Virus record (IMG/VR): IMGVR_UViG_3300027744_000013
Span: 32,001-96,000 of that record
Strand: one strand, 5' to 3'
Source: a virus
Length of the DNA stretch: 64,000 bases
Part shown: positions 1 through 10,670 of the stretch, in pieces
How positions within the stretch are numbered: the stretch's first letter is position 1
How the letters are laid out: each line of letters begins with the position of its first letter
The notes under the pieces: model-generated
Database searches by the model: none
The model's input: only the letters and a program-made list of their open reading frames with translations
What the model was told of the DNA's origin: nothing
Translations under genes and position numbers: made by a program

Positions 1-629
1 AATAAATCTGCAAGCGTTTGTCCCGTAGGATCACCATTAGAATCCAGCGCAGGTTTACTGAAAATATCAGCAAACTGTTGGCTATCTGTGACCTTCTTAA
101 GTTTCAATCTATACAAGTGTGGAAACCATGTAGAACTAAATCCTTCACTAGCACGGCCAACATCTTCGATAACATAGTACCTTGGAAGTGCTACATCAAA
201 GTCATTGAGGGCAAACTGGTCTCTTAAATGTGGTAATTCTATAACATCGCCACTCAACGGTTTTCTACCTATATACTTGATAAAATCGTTAATATGTACG
301 GTCATGTACAAGGTGTCATTGTCAATAAACAAACCAAACTGGCTTAAATTAAAGTCAATATTTTGTACATTATACAGGCCGCGAATTCGATAAATTTCTT
401 CACTGTATTTTCGATCTCTGTTTTCTAAGAATAACAAATCTTGGATATTTGTTTCCTTTACAGCATCGTAAATTGGCTGATCAGCAGTACCTGTGGTAGG
501 ATTTTTAGGGCCTAGGTACTTGTGTAAGTATACATCTGTTCCACCAACCTGAAACATCTCAGAAATCTGACGGTCGATAAATTTATAATCTTGCCCTCTT
601 TCGGGCTTATACAGTGATAGTCTTGGCAT
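1..629 (-). CDS. Neck/head-closure protein, T4 gp14-like (runs off the left edge)
   Basis: Read manually: MPRLSLYKPERGQDYKFIDRQISEMFQVGG...FNLSQFGLF...GRKPLSGDVIELPHL; divergent from a gp13-like gene; TAAATA 4 nt upstream. Confidence 0.7.
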   Translation of the reverse strand, partial: MPRLSLYKPERGQDYKFIDRQISEMFQVGGTDVYLHKYLGPKNPTTGTADQPIYDAVKETNIQDLLFLENRDRKYSEEIYRIRGLYNVQNIDFNLSQFGLFIDNDTLYMTVHINDFIKYIGRKPLSGDVIELPHLRDQFALNDFDVALPRYYVIEDVGRASEGFSSTWFPHLYRLKLKKVTDSQQFADIFSKPALDSNGDPTGQTLADL

Positions 630-681
630 ATGATATTTATCGTAAATAATATTAACGATAAATATGTATGGAGAACTTAAT

Positions 682-1473
682 ATGGCAGATAATTACCCAT
701 CAGATCCTAGTGAATCAGACAGTACAATAGAACGTAACAAGGTATTTGATTACGTGCGTACTATGCTGGGCGACGGCATGGTTGAAGTAGAGCTTGATCC
801 TAAACATTACGAAACTGCACTAGATCGTGCAATTACAAAGTTTAGACAGCGTTCTAGCAATTCTGTAGAAGAAAGCTATATGTTCTTAGAATTAATACAA
901 GATCAAAACGAATATAAACTGCCAAATGAAGTTGTAGAAGTGCAGAGCATATTCCGCAGAGCAATTGGTTCACGTAGCGGGTTAGGTTCCGGCGGAACAT
1001 TATTTGAACCATTTAATTTGGCCTATACCAACAGCTACTTGTTAACCGGTAGCATGATGGGCGGTCTTGCAACATACGAAATGTTTGCAGGATATCAAAA
1101 ATTAGTGGGACGTATGTTTGGTAGTTACATTGAATTCAAATGGCGACAAAGCAATCATACCCTTACTATTTTACAACGTCCGTTTGCCGCAGGCGAACAA
1201 ATCTTAATTCGCTGCCATAACTATCGTCCAGATTTTGTATTGCTACAAGACATTTACGCAAAACAATGGTTGTACGATTATACCCTTGCAGTATGTAAAT
1301 TAATGCTAGGTGAAGCACGTAGCAAGTTTGGAAGCATTGCCGGCCCTGGATCTCCAATCACATTAAACGGTGCCGCTTTACAAGGGCAAGGCAAAGAAGA
1401 AGTCGAAAAGCTAGAAAAAGAAATTGGCGAACTTGTTTCTGGCGGAACTCCAATGACATTCGTGATTGGCTAA
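682..1473 (+). CDS. Neck/head-tail adaptor, T4 gp13-like
   Basis: LGDGMVEVELD, WLYDYTLAVCK..GEARSKF..I.GP...TLNG; GGAG RBS before ATG 682. Confidence 0.8.
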   Translation: MADNYPSDPSESDSTIERNKVFDYVRTMLGDGMVEVELDPKHYETALDRAITKFRQRSSNSVEESYMFLELIQDQNEYKLPNEVVEVQSIFRRAIGSRSGLGSGGTLFEPFNLAYTNSYLLTGSMMGGLATYEMFAGYQKLVGRMFGSYIEFKWRQSNHTLTILQRPFAAGEQILIRCHNYRPDFVLLQDIYAKQWLYDYTLAVCKLMLGEARSKFGSIAGPGSPITLNGAALQGQGKEEVEKLEKEIGELVSGGTPMTFVIG

Positions 1474-1532
1474 CAAATAATTTGACCTTGTAATAAAACT
1501 GTTATATACTAGTAGTTCATTAGGAGACTACT

Positions 1533-2231
1533 ATGATTATTGGTGTATGCGGGTTTATTGGTTCTGGCAAAGATACCATTGCAGATTATCTAACTAACTT
1601 CCACGGTTTCCGACGAGAAAGCTTCGCTAACACCCTTAAAGATGCAGTAAGCTATGTCTTTGGCTGGGACCGCACTATGCTAGAAGGCCGCACAAAACAA
1701 GCACGTGAGTGGCGAGAACAAGTAGATCCATGGTGGTCACAGCGTTTGAACATGCCCGACCTTACTCCCAGATTAATGCTTCAACTATGGGGCACTGAAG
1801 TATGTCGCAGAGGATTCCATGATGATATTTGGATTGCCAGCCTAGAAAACAAACTCCGTACTAGCACTGATAACGTAGTCATCTCTGACTGTCGTTTCCC
1901 CAATGAAATCAAATCAATTCGTGAAGCAGGCGGCATTATTGTCTGGGTCAAACGAGGCGAATTGCCGGAATGGTACGAAGATGCTGTTAATTCAAATCGT
2001 GGAGAGACAGGAAATTTTGCCTGGGCCACAAGTCGTAGTAGGTTAGAAAAAATAGGGATTCATGCTAGCGAAACTGCTTGGGTTGGCACCAAGTTTGATG
2101 CTGTGTTAGACAATAACGGAAGCATTGATGACTTGTTTGAACAAGTTAAAGATCTGGTACTAAGTCACCTTGACGCCAACGAATCCCCTCTTTATGTAGG
2201 ACACGCTGACAGTTTGAGCATACCGTCTTAA
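1533..2231 (+). CDS. Deoxynucleoside monophosphate kinase (T4 gp1-like)
   Basis: IIGVCGFIGSGKDT P-loop, TPR..LQ.WGTE, ISDCRFPNE, HASE. Confidence 0.9.
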   Translation: MIIGVCGFIGSGKDTIADYLTNFHGFRRESFANTLKDAVSYVFGWDRTMLEGRTKQAREWREQVDPWWSQRLNMPDLTPRLMLQLWGTEVCRRGFHDDIWIASLENKLRTSTDNVVISDCRFPNEIKSIREAGGIIVWVKRGELPEWYEDAVNSNRGETGNFAWATSRSRLEKIGIHASETAWVGTKFDAVLDNNGSIDDLFEQVKDLVLSHLDANESPLYVGHADSLSIPS

Positions 2232-2481
2232 GGTTGATAGGGCGACAGTTGTTTAGGTCGCCGTCAACATGAAATACAGCAAACACTTCCGTGTGCTGTG
2301 ATTTAAAGCCGCATTTGTCACAAGTATTTTTTATCTTATAGCCAGCTCGATGCCATCTGGCAATACCAGCATACTTGCCACCCTTAAGGCAAGCCTCACA
2401 TAATTTTCTATAATAAGTCCTGCCGTTTTTAACATAGTTAACGGCAGCTGGCCTATAGCCGCACGAACATAATGGTCTCAT
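2146..2481 (-). CDS. Zn-binding HNH-type endonuclease
   Basis: CxC/CxxC pairs, HVDGDLNNC...NL..VCSNC; TAAATA 4 nt before ATG. Confidence 0.7.
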   Translation of the reverse strand: MRPLCSCGYRPAAVNYVKNGRTYYRKLCEACLKGGKYAGIARWHRAGYKIKNTCDKCGFKSQHTEVFAVFHVDGDLNNCRPINLKTVCSNCQRVLHKEGIRWRQGDLVPDL

Positions 2482-2590
2482 ATTTTATTTAAGCCTTTTC
2501 CGTCCCTTTTTTAGAGTGTATTACAAGTATAAAAAGCCAAAAAGCACTAAATACAATTAGAATGAACACGTATTCACGGAGATTACAAAT

Positions 2591-5500
2591 ATGGCTCAAT
2601 TAAGTTCACCAGGTGTAGCAGTTACGGTTGTAGACGAAAGTTTTTATACACCAGCGGCTCCCGGGACAACCCCTTTAATAGTAGTAACTAGTGCTGAGAA
2701 TAAAGCAAATGGTTCTGCAACTGGTACAGCACCTGCTACACTAAAAGCTAATGCAGGTAAAGTTTACCTACTAACAAGTCAGAAAGATTTAGCGGATAGC
2801 TTTGGTACTCCAATCTTTAAGACTGATAGTAATAATAACCCAATCCATGCAGGCGAACAAAACGAATATGGCCTACAAGCGGCTTACAGTTATTTAGGTG
2901 TAAGTAACCGTGCATTTGTTGTTCGTGCAGACATTGATCTATCACAATTAGATGCTAAGGCAATAGCACCTGCTGGTGAGCCAGCCGACGGCCAGTACTG
3001 GTTTGATACAGCAAATACTAAGTTTGGTATCTTCCAATGGAATGGCGCAGAGGCAACAACTGCAACAGGCCAAACATTTAGCAATTCAATTCCGCTAGTT
3101 ATTACTGACAGCACAAAAATTGCCGTTAATGATGCTCCAAAAGACAGCGTTGGTGCAGTAGGTGATTATGCAATTGTAGCAATTGCAGGCACTTATTCAT
3201 TATATTTTAAGAAAGCAAAGACCTTTACAGCCGCTGGTACTTGGGTAGCTGTTGGTTCTAACGCATGGGCCGCAAGCTGGCCAACTGTACAGGGTACAGT
3301 TGCAAGCCCAGTACTACTTGCAGGTGATGCACTAACAATGACAATTAGTGGAGCTCCGTATAGTTTTACTGGCCATACAAGTTTAACAACTCTAGTAGCA
3401 GACATTAATACAGCAATGGATGACAGCGACGGCGTAGGCACCGGCGACTTAGATAATCCAGTTGTACCTCCTGGTGTTTCTGCGGCAGTTATTAATAACC
3501 GTTTAGAAATTTATTCAACTGGAACTGCAATTGCTATTAGTGGAACATCTGCTAGTAAGATTGGTATTACTGTAGGCACTTACTATGCACCAGCATTAGA
3601 AATTAAACCTCATACACAGTTACCAACATACAAGCGCACAGATAATGCATCAGCGGTACAAGGTTACCCAACTGGCTCTTTATGGGTTAAAACAACTGAA
3701 CCTAACTTAGGTTCACGTTGGAGAATTAAAGTTTACAACGAAGCAACAGGTAGTTGGATTGAAAAATTTGCTCCATTGTATGCAAACAGCGCAGCCGCAT
3801 TAAAAGGACTTGATCCTACAGGTGGCGGCTTAAACTTAGTACAAGGCGCACTGTTTGTTAAAACTAATATTGCAGAAACACTTAATGCAGCCAATCGTCC
3901 AACAGATGCAAATTACAAAATTTATGCTCGTAAAACTTCCGGAGCAACAGAAATTGTTTCCGGTACTGCTGTAACATTTACTGCACAAGGCAGTAACTCG
4001 TTTACAATTAAAGAATCAGTTAAAGGTCAAACTGCTACTACCGACGCACTTACAGTAACATTTACTGGAAGTGAAGGAGTTGATGGCTTTTTAACACAGT
4101 TAACACAAAAATTAGCTGATGCAACATTTAACTCTTCACCATACACTTCTAAAATTACAGCTAGTAAAGCTGTTGTAACTGGTGAAGTGACTTTACGTCA
4201 CGCAGACGGCGGTGACATTTACTTTACACAAGGAACTGGAACTCCAATTGCAGATTTGTTTACTCCGTTTACTATTGACCCACTAACAATGGCTGGTTTA
4301 GGAACACCTAATTTTTACACAGATGCAGGCCCTGAACAATATGTAGCAACATTATGGAGCCCATACGCTGACATTACTGCCAGTGCAGATGCTCCAACAA
4401 CTGAAGCCGCTGACAATCAACTATGGTATAATTCAATGGTTGACGAAGTTGATATTTTAATTAACAACGGCTATACATGGGTTGGATATCGCTACCAAGC
4501 AGGTGCTGGCCTATCAAACTATAGTTCCCCTTACTACGCGGCATCAGACGATTCTAAAACAGATCCAGCTGGCCCGCTTGTTTCGGCAACTAAACCAAAG
4601 ACACAAAGTGATGGTACAAATTTAGTCACAGGTGACTTATGGGTTGATACTAGTGACTTGGAAAATTATCCTTCACTATACAAGTATAATAGTAATACCG
4701 GTAAATGGGCAATAGTTGATACTGGCGACCAGACTACAGAAGATGGCATTGTATTTTTTGATGCACGTTGGAATACTGACGGTGAAGCGGCAACTCCAAG
4801 TACAATTAAAGAATTATTAACAAGCGATTTCTTAGATTTTGATGCTCCTGATCCTGCATTATACCCAAGAGGTATGTTGCTATGGAACTTACGTAGAAGT
4901 GGATTTAATGTTAAGAAATTTGTACGTGATTATGTTGATACTAACACAGACAACGTTCGCCAAGATGGCGCACAAATGACCGATTACTATCCACATCGTT
5001 GGGTTACTGAATCAGGTAATCAAGAAAACGGCGCTGGCACATTTGGTCGTAAAGCACAACGTAAAGTTATTGTTCAAGCGTTGCAAGCCCTTGTTAACAG
5101 CAATCAATCACTACGTGATGAAGAAAGCAGAATATTTAACTTGTTAGCTTGTCCTGGATATCCAGAGTTAGTTGGCGAACTTGTATCGTTAAATTACGAT
5201 CGCGGTTTAACAGCATTTGTAGTTGGAGATACACCTGCACGTTTAACAGCAGATGCAACTAGTTTAAACAACTGGGGTAAAAACGTATCGGGCGCAGTTG
5301 AAGACAACGATGACGGTTTAGTATCAAGCGATGAATACTTAGGTGTGTTCTATCCATGGGGATTCACAAGTGATAATTTAGGTAACAACATTGTTGTACC
5401 GCCAAGCCACATGATGTTACGTACTATTGCATTAAATGATAATGTTAGCTATCCATGGTTTGCACCAGCAGGCACACGCCGTGGTGGAATTACTAACGCT

Positions 5501-5989
5501 ACCGCAGTTGGCTACGTTACAAGCGAAGGCGAATTCCAATCAGTTGCATTAAATAATGGACAACGTGATACATTAGCTGGTGTTAAAGTTAACCCAATTA
5601 CATTTATTACAGGAACAGGTCTTGTAAACTACGGACAATATACTCGTGCTAGAAGCGCAAGTGCATTAGATCGTATTAACGTAGCACGTTTAGTAATTTA
5701 TTTACGTCGTCAATTTGCACAGTTGGCTAAACCATATGTGTTTGAACCAAACGATAAAATTACTAGAGATGAATTGAAAGGTGCCGCAGAAAGCCTATTG
5801 TTAGAATTAGTAGGTCAACGTGCATTGTATGACTATATCGTAGTTTGCGATACATCAAACAACACACCATCAAGAATTGATCGTAACGAACTATACCTAG
5901 ACGTTGCAATTGAACCAGTGAAAGCAGTGGAATTTATTTACATTCCACTACGCTTGAAAAACACCGGCGAGATCAAAGGCCTAGCATAA
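2591..5989 (+). CDS. Contractile tail sheath (gp18-like) with large insertion, 1132 aa
   Basis: SPGVAVTVVDES N-terminus; PWFAPAG.RRG, DRINVARL, FEPND, IEPVKAVEFIYI. Confidence 0.95.
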   Translation: MAQLSSPGVAVTVVDESFYTPAAPGTTPLIVVTSAENKANGSATGTAPATLKANAGKVYLLTSQKDLADSFGTPIFKTDSNNNPIHAGEQNEYGLQAAYSYLGVSNRAFVVRADIDLSQLDAKAIAPAGEPADGQYWFDTANTKFGIFQWNGAEATTATGQTFSNSIPLVITDSTKIAVNDAPKDSVGAVGDYAIVAIAGTYSLYFKKAKTFTAAGTWVAVGSNAWAASWPTVQGTVASPVLLAGDALTMTISGAPYSFTGHTSLTTLVADINTAMDDSDGVGTGDLDNPVVPPGVSAAVINNRLEIYSTGTAIAISGTSASKIGITVGTYYAPALEIKPHTQLPTYKRTDNASAVQGYPTGSLWVKTTEPNLGSRWRIKVYNEATGSWIEKFAPLYANSAAALKGLDPTGGGLNLVQGALFVKTNIAETLNAANRPTDANYKIYARKTSGATEIVSGTAVTFTAQGSNSFTIKESVKGQTATTDALTVTFTGSEGVDGFLTQLTQKLADATFNSSPYTSKITASKAVVTGEVTLRHADGGDIYFTQGTGTPIADLFTPFTIDPLTMAGLGTPNFYTDAGPEQYVATLWSPYADITASADAPTTEAADNQLWYNSMVDEVDILINNGYTWVGYRYQAGAGLSNYSSPYYAASDDSKTDPAGPLVSATKPKTQSDGTNLVTGDLWVDTSDLENYPSLYKYNSNTGKWAIVDTGDQTTEDGIVFFDARWNTDGEAATPSTIKELLTSDFLDFDAPDPALYPRGMLLWNLRRSGFNVKKFVRDYVDTNTDNVRQDGAQMTDYYPHRWVTESGNQENGAGTFGRKAQRKVIVQALQALVNSNQSLRDEESRIFNLLACPGYPELVGELVSLNYDRGLTAFVVGDTPARLTADATSLNNWGKNVSGAVEDNDDGLVSSDEYLGVFYPWGFTSDNLGNNIVVPPSHMMLRTIALNDNVSYPWFAPAGTRRGGITNATAVGYVTSEGEFQSVALNNGQRDTLAGVKVNPITFITGTGLVNYGQYTRARSASALDRINVARLVIYLRRQFAQLAKPYVFEPNDKITRDELKGAAESLLLELVGQRALYDYIVVCDTSNNTPSRIDRNELYLDVAIEPVKAVEFIYIPLRLKNTGEIKGLA

Positions 5990-6010
5990 TAATATAACGG
6001 AGCATACAAC

Positions 6011-6634
6011 ATGGCAATCGCAAGTTTATCAAAATTTACCGTACCGCTAGCGTCAGATCAAAGTGCTAGCGCACAAGGTATGTTAATGCCAAAGTTAAAA
6101 TATCGCTTTAGAGTGATGTTTGAAAACTTTGGTACATCAACACCAACAACAGAATTAACCAAGCAAGTTCAAGATGCGGCTAGACCTCAGGTATCTTTTG
6201 AAAATCAAAAGATTATGGTTTATAACTCAACTATTAACTATGCTGGTCGTCCAAGCTGGCAACAAATGTCAATCAAATTACGTGATGACGTAACTGGTGC
6301 AGTATCCAAGCTAGTTGGCGAACAAATGCAGAAACAGTTTGACTTCTTTGAACAAAGTAGTGCGGCCTCAGGCGGCGACTACAAGTTCTTAATGCGTATT
6401 GAAATGCTAGACGGTGGTAACGGCGCACAAACCGCAAACGTTCTTGAAACATGGGAATGTTATGGTTGCTACGTACAAGCCGCTCAGTATAACGCACTAG
6501 GTTATGGCGCACAAGATATGTTAACAATTGACTTGACAATCCAGCCTGATAACTGTATTCAAACTAGTGGTGGCGCGGCAGCTCCAACTTCGAGACGTTT
6601 AGGAACAGCGGCAACTGCATCTGGTTCACGTTGA
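6011..6634 (+). CDS. Tail tube protein (gp19-like)
   Basis: Follows sheath; PKLKYRFRV, YAGRPSW, WECYGC. Confidence 0.85.
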   Translation: MAIASLSKFTVPLASDQSASAQGMLMPKLKYRFRVMFENFGTSTPTTELTKQVQDAARPQVSFENQKIMVYNSTINYAGRPSWQQMSIKLRDDVTGAVSKLVGEQMQKQFDFFEQSSAASGGDYKFLMRIEMLDGGNGAQTANVLETWECYGCYVQAAQYNALGYGAQDMLTIDLTIQPDNCIQTSGGAAAPTSRRLGTAATASGSR

Positions 6635-6639
6635 TAATT

Positions 6640-6663
6640 AAGCTCACTCAGGTGAGCTTTTTT
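6640..6663 (+). terminator. Intrinsic terminator
   Basis: AAGCTCAC-TCAG-GTGAGCTT plus T-run. Confidence 0.85.
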
Positions 6664-6710
6664 ATGACTACTCATTAACTACGTAGTTAATTTTATCGAT
6701 AAATATTGTT

Positions 6711-7700
6711 ATGGCCTTTACACCCAACTCATTTTTATATCGTCCTTCTAATATCACGTTGCGTGATCCACAACACGCCGCCCGGGTGTTTACTGACGAT
6801 CAGTTTAGATTAGCACCAAAGCATAAGTTTTTATTCCACGTAGCATTCAGTATAAATTCAGCGGCATTATCAAATGCTAGTTTAATTGATCGATACAGGA
6901 ATGAAATTAATGTACTGGTAAAAAGTGCAGACTTGCCAAACTTTACACTAAATGCAGAAACACTTAACCAGTACAATAGAAAAAAGAACATACAAACAAC
7001 GCACAAATACAATCCTATTAATATCACATTCCATGATGACAATATGGGATTGATTAATCAGTTATGGCAAAACTACTATAGTTATTACTATGCAGACAGC
7101 AGGTCAGCATGGGATCCAGCGGCATACAAAAGAAATGCTACTCGTAATAGTGACTTTATAACTACACCTTATGGTTTTGATAACGGTAGTACATTGCCGT
7201 TTTTTAATTACATTAAAATTTACCAAATGGCCAGACACGAGTATGTGGGATATACTTTATATAATCCTATAATTACTAGTTGGAACCATAACAAAGTGGA
7301 TTACGCAGGTCAAGGTACAATGGAAAATACAATGGGTATCCAGTTTGAAGCAGTTACTTACGAAAACGGTGACGTATCAACCGGGGATCCAGAAGGCTTT
7401 GGACTTGAGCATTATGATGTAGAAAAAAGTTCTTTACAAGGTAATGTTGATTCTACATCTAGTAGTCCGTCATTTACTGGCAGCGACACAGAAACACTAG
7501 ATTTATCAATAGTTGACACTGTAACACAACAACTTAACTCGTATCAGAATACTGTAGAAAAAACAAATACTAATACAACAACTATTTTAAAAACGTCTAC
7601 AACACCAGCACAGTCTAGCGCACTTAGTGGAATAGCATTTCCAACGGCCCCAACTAACACTAATAGCACAGTTGCATCATTAATTAAGTTAGGAAAATAA
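6711..7700 (+). CDS. Tube-fold baseplate/tube initiator (gp48/gp54-like)
   Basis: Tube-like motifs VKSADLP, YNPINITFHDD, NPIITSW; next to tube gene. Confidence 0.55.
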   Translation: MAFTPNSFLYRPSNITLRDPQHAARVFTDDQFRLAPKHKFLFHVAFSINSAALSNASLIDRYRNEINVLVKSADLPNFTLNAETLNQYNRKKNIQTTHKYNPINITFHDDNMGLINQLWQNYYSYYYADSRSAWDPAAYKRNATRNSDFITTPYGFDNGSTLPFFNYIKIYQMARHEYVGYTLYNPIITSWNHNKVDYAGQGTMENTMGIQFEAVTYENGDVSTGDPEGFGLEHYDVEKSSLQGNVDSTSSSPSFTGSDTETLDLSIVDTVTQQLNSYQNTVEKTNTNTTTILKTSTTPAQSSALSGIAFPTAPTNTNSTVASLIKLGK

Positions 7701-7701
7701 T

Positions 7702-8070
7702 ATGGCATCTAATCTACCTATTGAAGTATCAGTTGATTCAAGCGTTGAAGTAAAAAGTTTTTTTGACAAGTACTATTCAACGTCTGTTAGTTTTCCTAGC
7801 AATCAAATTGATGCAGTTGTTGGGTTTTTTACAAATAACGGATTTGGCACTGAAAGCGCCAACAGTATTAGTATTGTATTGTTAAATCAAGCTCGTGCTG
7901 ATAATGTTAATGTCTTTGAATTAGTAGACAGTTTAAGATCGTTATCAAATGTACAATTAAGCCAGGTTGTTGCACAAGTATTAAATTCATACAGAGAAAA
8001 GACTAGTTTGCTAGGATATCGTGTAGCTCAGATTGTTGACAAATACGAAGATAGAAACATTCTAGTATAA
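7702..8070 (+). CDS. Hypothetical virion-module protein
   Basis: ORF tightly packed in late operon. Confidence 0.6.
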   Translation: MASNLPIEVSVDSSVEVKSFFDKYYSTSVSFPSNQIDAVVGFFTNNGFGTESANSISIVLLNQARADNVNVFELVDSLRSLSNVQLSQVVAQVLNSYREKTSLLGYRVAQIVDKYEDRNILV

Positions 8071-8071
8071 C

Positions 8072-8509
8072 ATGGCCTCAAAATTTGCCCGTGGTACGTT
8101 TACCATGACCCAGCCGGAAAAGTACGTAGGTACTAAGATGCCAACATATAGATCAAGTTGGGAATGGAGTTTCATGCGGTTTTGTGACACTAATAAAAGT
8201 GTGCAAAAGTGGGCAAGCGAAGCGGTTAATATCCCCTATCGTGACCCGTTAACTGGTAGACAAACCATATATGTGCCAGATTTCTTTATACAGTATGTGG
8301 ACAAAAATAATAAAATGAATGTTGAATTAATTGAAATTAAACCAGCTAGTCAGACTATCTTAGAACGTGTTGGTAAGAACAAATACAATCAAGCACAGTT
8401 TGTTAAGAATCAAGCCAAGTGGCAAGCCGCATCAATTTGGTGTAAACAGCAGGGTATAAAATTTAGAATTGTCAACGAAAATGATTTGTTTCATCAAGGC
8501 GGAGCATAA
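8072..8509 (+). CDS. Head completion nuclease (gp4-like, TnsA-type)
   Basis: KYVG, YRSSWE, WASE, YVPDF, IEIKP, NQAKW.AA. Confidence 0.9.
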   Translation: MASKFARGTFTMTQPEKYVGTKMPTYRSSWEWSFMRFCDTNKSVQKWASEAVNIPYRDPLTGRQTIYVPDFFIQYVDKNNKMNVELIEIKPASQTILERVGKNKYNQAQFVKNQAKWQAASIWCKQQGIKFRIVNENDLFHQGGA

Positions 8510-8517
8510 GTAATATT

Positions 8518-9000
8518 ATGAAGAAACTTGAAGACCTATTAAACTTACCTGCTAGTAAAGATATTATTAAAGCAGAAGAAAAGAAAAAGCAAAAATCTGC
8601 TCCTCCCCAAGCATTCTTGCGAGATATGTCAGAATTTGACAAAATTAGTGCGGCTTTACCCGCAGTTAAGGGCCTAGGTGATGCTACTGACGCAGAGTTT
8701 GATTCTCTAGCTCAACGTGCTACTGACGCATATGATGATTTAATTGACCTAGGCATGAATGTAGAAGCACGTTATTCAGCACGTATTTTTGAAGTTGCTG
8801 GTACTATGCTTAAAAACGCAATTGACGCTAAATCAGCCAAAGTTGACAAGAAATTGAAGATGATTGAGCTACAGCTTAAGAAACAGAAGATGGACCACGA
8901 TATATCAGGCGGCGAAGATTCCGGTATTGATCTACAAGCAGACGGTTATATCGTTACAGATCGTAATAGTCTAATAGAAAAATTAAAGAATATGAAATAA
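8518..9000 (+). CDS. Probable terminase small subunit
   Basis: Helical 160 aa, ARIFEVAGTMLKNA, DRNSLI C-terminus; upstream of large terminase. Confidence 0.5.
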   Translation: MKKLEDLLNLPASKDIIKAEEKKKQKSAPPQAFLRDMSEFDKISAALPAVKGLGDATDAEFDSLAQRATDAYDDLIDLGMNVEARYSARIFEVAGTMLKNAIDAKSAKVDKKLKMIELQLKKQKMDHDISGGEDSGIDLQADGYIVTDRNSLIEKLKNMK

Positions 9001-9021
9001 ATACAATACTGGGATCAACAT

Positions 9022-9645
9022 ATGAAATCGTTTAAACACTACATTACAGAAAGCAAAAAGGTCTACGAATTTAAGATCAAAATTGCGGGCGACTGCCCAA
9101 AAGATTGCGCTAAGAAAATCAAAGAAGCATTAGATGTTTACAAAGTAGAATCATGTTCAAGCGGTAAGGGATTACCAATTGCTGAGAATTATGTAGATTT
9201 TCCAACTCTTAAAAATGTTGGAGTTACGGTGTTTGATGTAAAAGTAGCTTACCCAGCTAATGCATATCAAGTACGTACAGCAGTTATTGATCACTTAAAA
9301 AGAAGTGGAGATACAGTTAAAGTTCGTAACATGAAAGAAGAGGAAGAAGACACTCTTAATCACGAACACGATACAAAGTCAGGCGAGTCTTTATTAACAA
9401 AAGACTATGAAAAAAATGACGGGCAACAACTAGTTGGCAATACACAATCTATGTCGTTGTTAAAAGAATTAGGTAAACACAGAACTACAGGTACACCAGT
9501 TAAAGGTACTAATGATGCACTTTTAGCAAACACTGCACCTGTTGAGAAAAAGAACGGGCCAGCAAAAGCTGCCAAAGTTGATGTTAAAAGTCCTGTGGGA
9601 AACAAAAAAGTTAAACTAACACCTGTTAAAGTTAAAGGACAATAA
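9022..9645 (+). CDS. Probable internal head protein
   Basis: MKSFKHYITE resembles the T4 capsid-targeting sequence. Confidence 0.5.
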   Translation: MKSFKHYITESKKVYEFKIKIAGDCPKDCAKKIKEALDVYKVESCSSGKGLPIAENYVDFPTLKNVGVTVFDVKVAYPANAYQVRTAVIDHLKRSGDTVKVRNMKEEEEDTLNHEHDTKSGESLLTKDYEKNDGQQLVGNTQSMSLLKELGKHRTTGTPVKGTNDALLANTAPVEKKNGPAKAAKVDVKSPVGNKKVKLTPVKVKGQ

Positions 9646-9646
9646 T

Positions 9647-10267
9647 ATGAATTTTCAAGACTTGCTAGCAAAAATGAAATCGATTGATGAGTCATCAGCC
9701 GAAGTACAAGACCTTCCAACTAGTGCAACTAGTTCTCCACCAACAGCACCGGACGGCTCTTTGCCCCCGGCAGGTGCCGAAACACCAACTGTAGAATGTG
9801 GTGATGATATGGAAAAAACAAACTCCCAATCTGATGTATTACTTGGTGAAAAAGATGTAGAAGAATGCGGATTACCTGGTATGTCTAGCATGCCATCGGG
9901 TATGATGGGTTCGCCTAAACAAAGCGATTCAGTAACAATGAATGTTAGTATGAATGGAAGTGGTGCTGGTGGAATCCGTGATCTAATGGATATTCTACGT
10001 AACTTAGATGGCGACCAGGATAGCAATGATGCAGGCGCTGACATTGTATTAGGTGTTGAAGAAGATGGTGCTGATGGTAATTTTACCAACGCAACCACCG
10101 AGCCGAACCCAACAACATATGATATGGATGCTGTATTACCAACTGGTGACGACATCCATAGTAAAGGCCGTGAGGCACTTAAAGTTAATGGTGGCGGCAA
10201 TCCCCTAGCAGAAACATTAATGGCTAGACTATCAGCACACTATCAGTCTATTAAAGAAAGACAATAA
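9647..10267 (+). CDS. Acidic low-complexity protein, possible prohead core/internal
   Basis: ORF in late operon. Confidence 0.5.
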   Translation: MNFQDLLAKMKSIDESSAEVQDLPTSATSSPPTAPDGSLPPAGAETPTVECGDDMEKTNSQSDVLLGEKDVEECGLPGMSSMPSGMMGSPKQSDSVTMNVSMNGSGAGGIRDLMDILRNLDGDQDSNDAGADIVLGVEEDGADGNFTNATTEPNPTTYDMDAVLPTGDDIHSKGREALKVNGGGNPLAETLMARLSAHYQSIKERQ

Positions 10268-10268
10268 T

Positions 10269-10670
10269 ATGACTACTGCCGCAGAACAATATCGTGCGTT
10301 AGTTGCTAGATTAGAAGCAATAAACCCATCGGAACCAGTTAACGAAGAAACGCCAGAGCCGGCTGGTTCTCCAACTCCAGCAGACGCACTTGCCCCAGCA
10401 GGCGCTGTAGCTGATGCTCAAGCGGCACCTGTAGATCCTAACAAATATAAACCTAACGATAACATTCCAGAGATCAAAGCCGGAACACTAGCTCAGGCAA
10501 AACAAATTGCGCTAAAACAGTTAGGGCCAGGAAAGAAATTTCGTTTCTGCATGACATACGGAACTAAACTAGGCCCAGCTAAACCTAACCAAGCTGGAAT
10601 GGAAAAACCCCAAGATAATTTTAGTAGATTTGGCGGCGCAAATGTAGTTAAACCTGCGGAGAAAAAATAA
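10269..10670 (+). CDS. Hypothetical; N-terminus paralogous to next gene
   Basis: AEQYRALVARLEAI. Confidence 0.6.
   Translation: MTTAAEQYRALVARLEAINPSEPVNEETPEPAGSPTPADALAPAGAVADAQAAPVDPNKYKPNDNIPEIKAGTLAQAKQIALKQLGPGKKFRFCMTYGTKLGPAKPNQAGMEKPQDNFSRFGGANVVKPAEKK

Noticed and set aside
8072-8509. TnsA transposase / Tn7-like element
   Set aside because: Motifs and context fit the gp4 head-completion nuclease; no other Tns genes or ends
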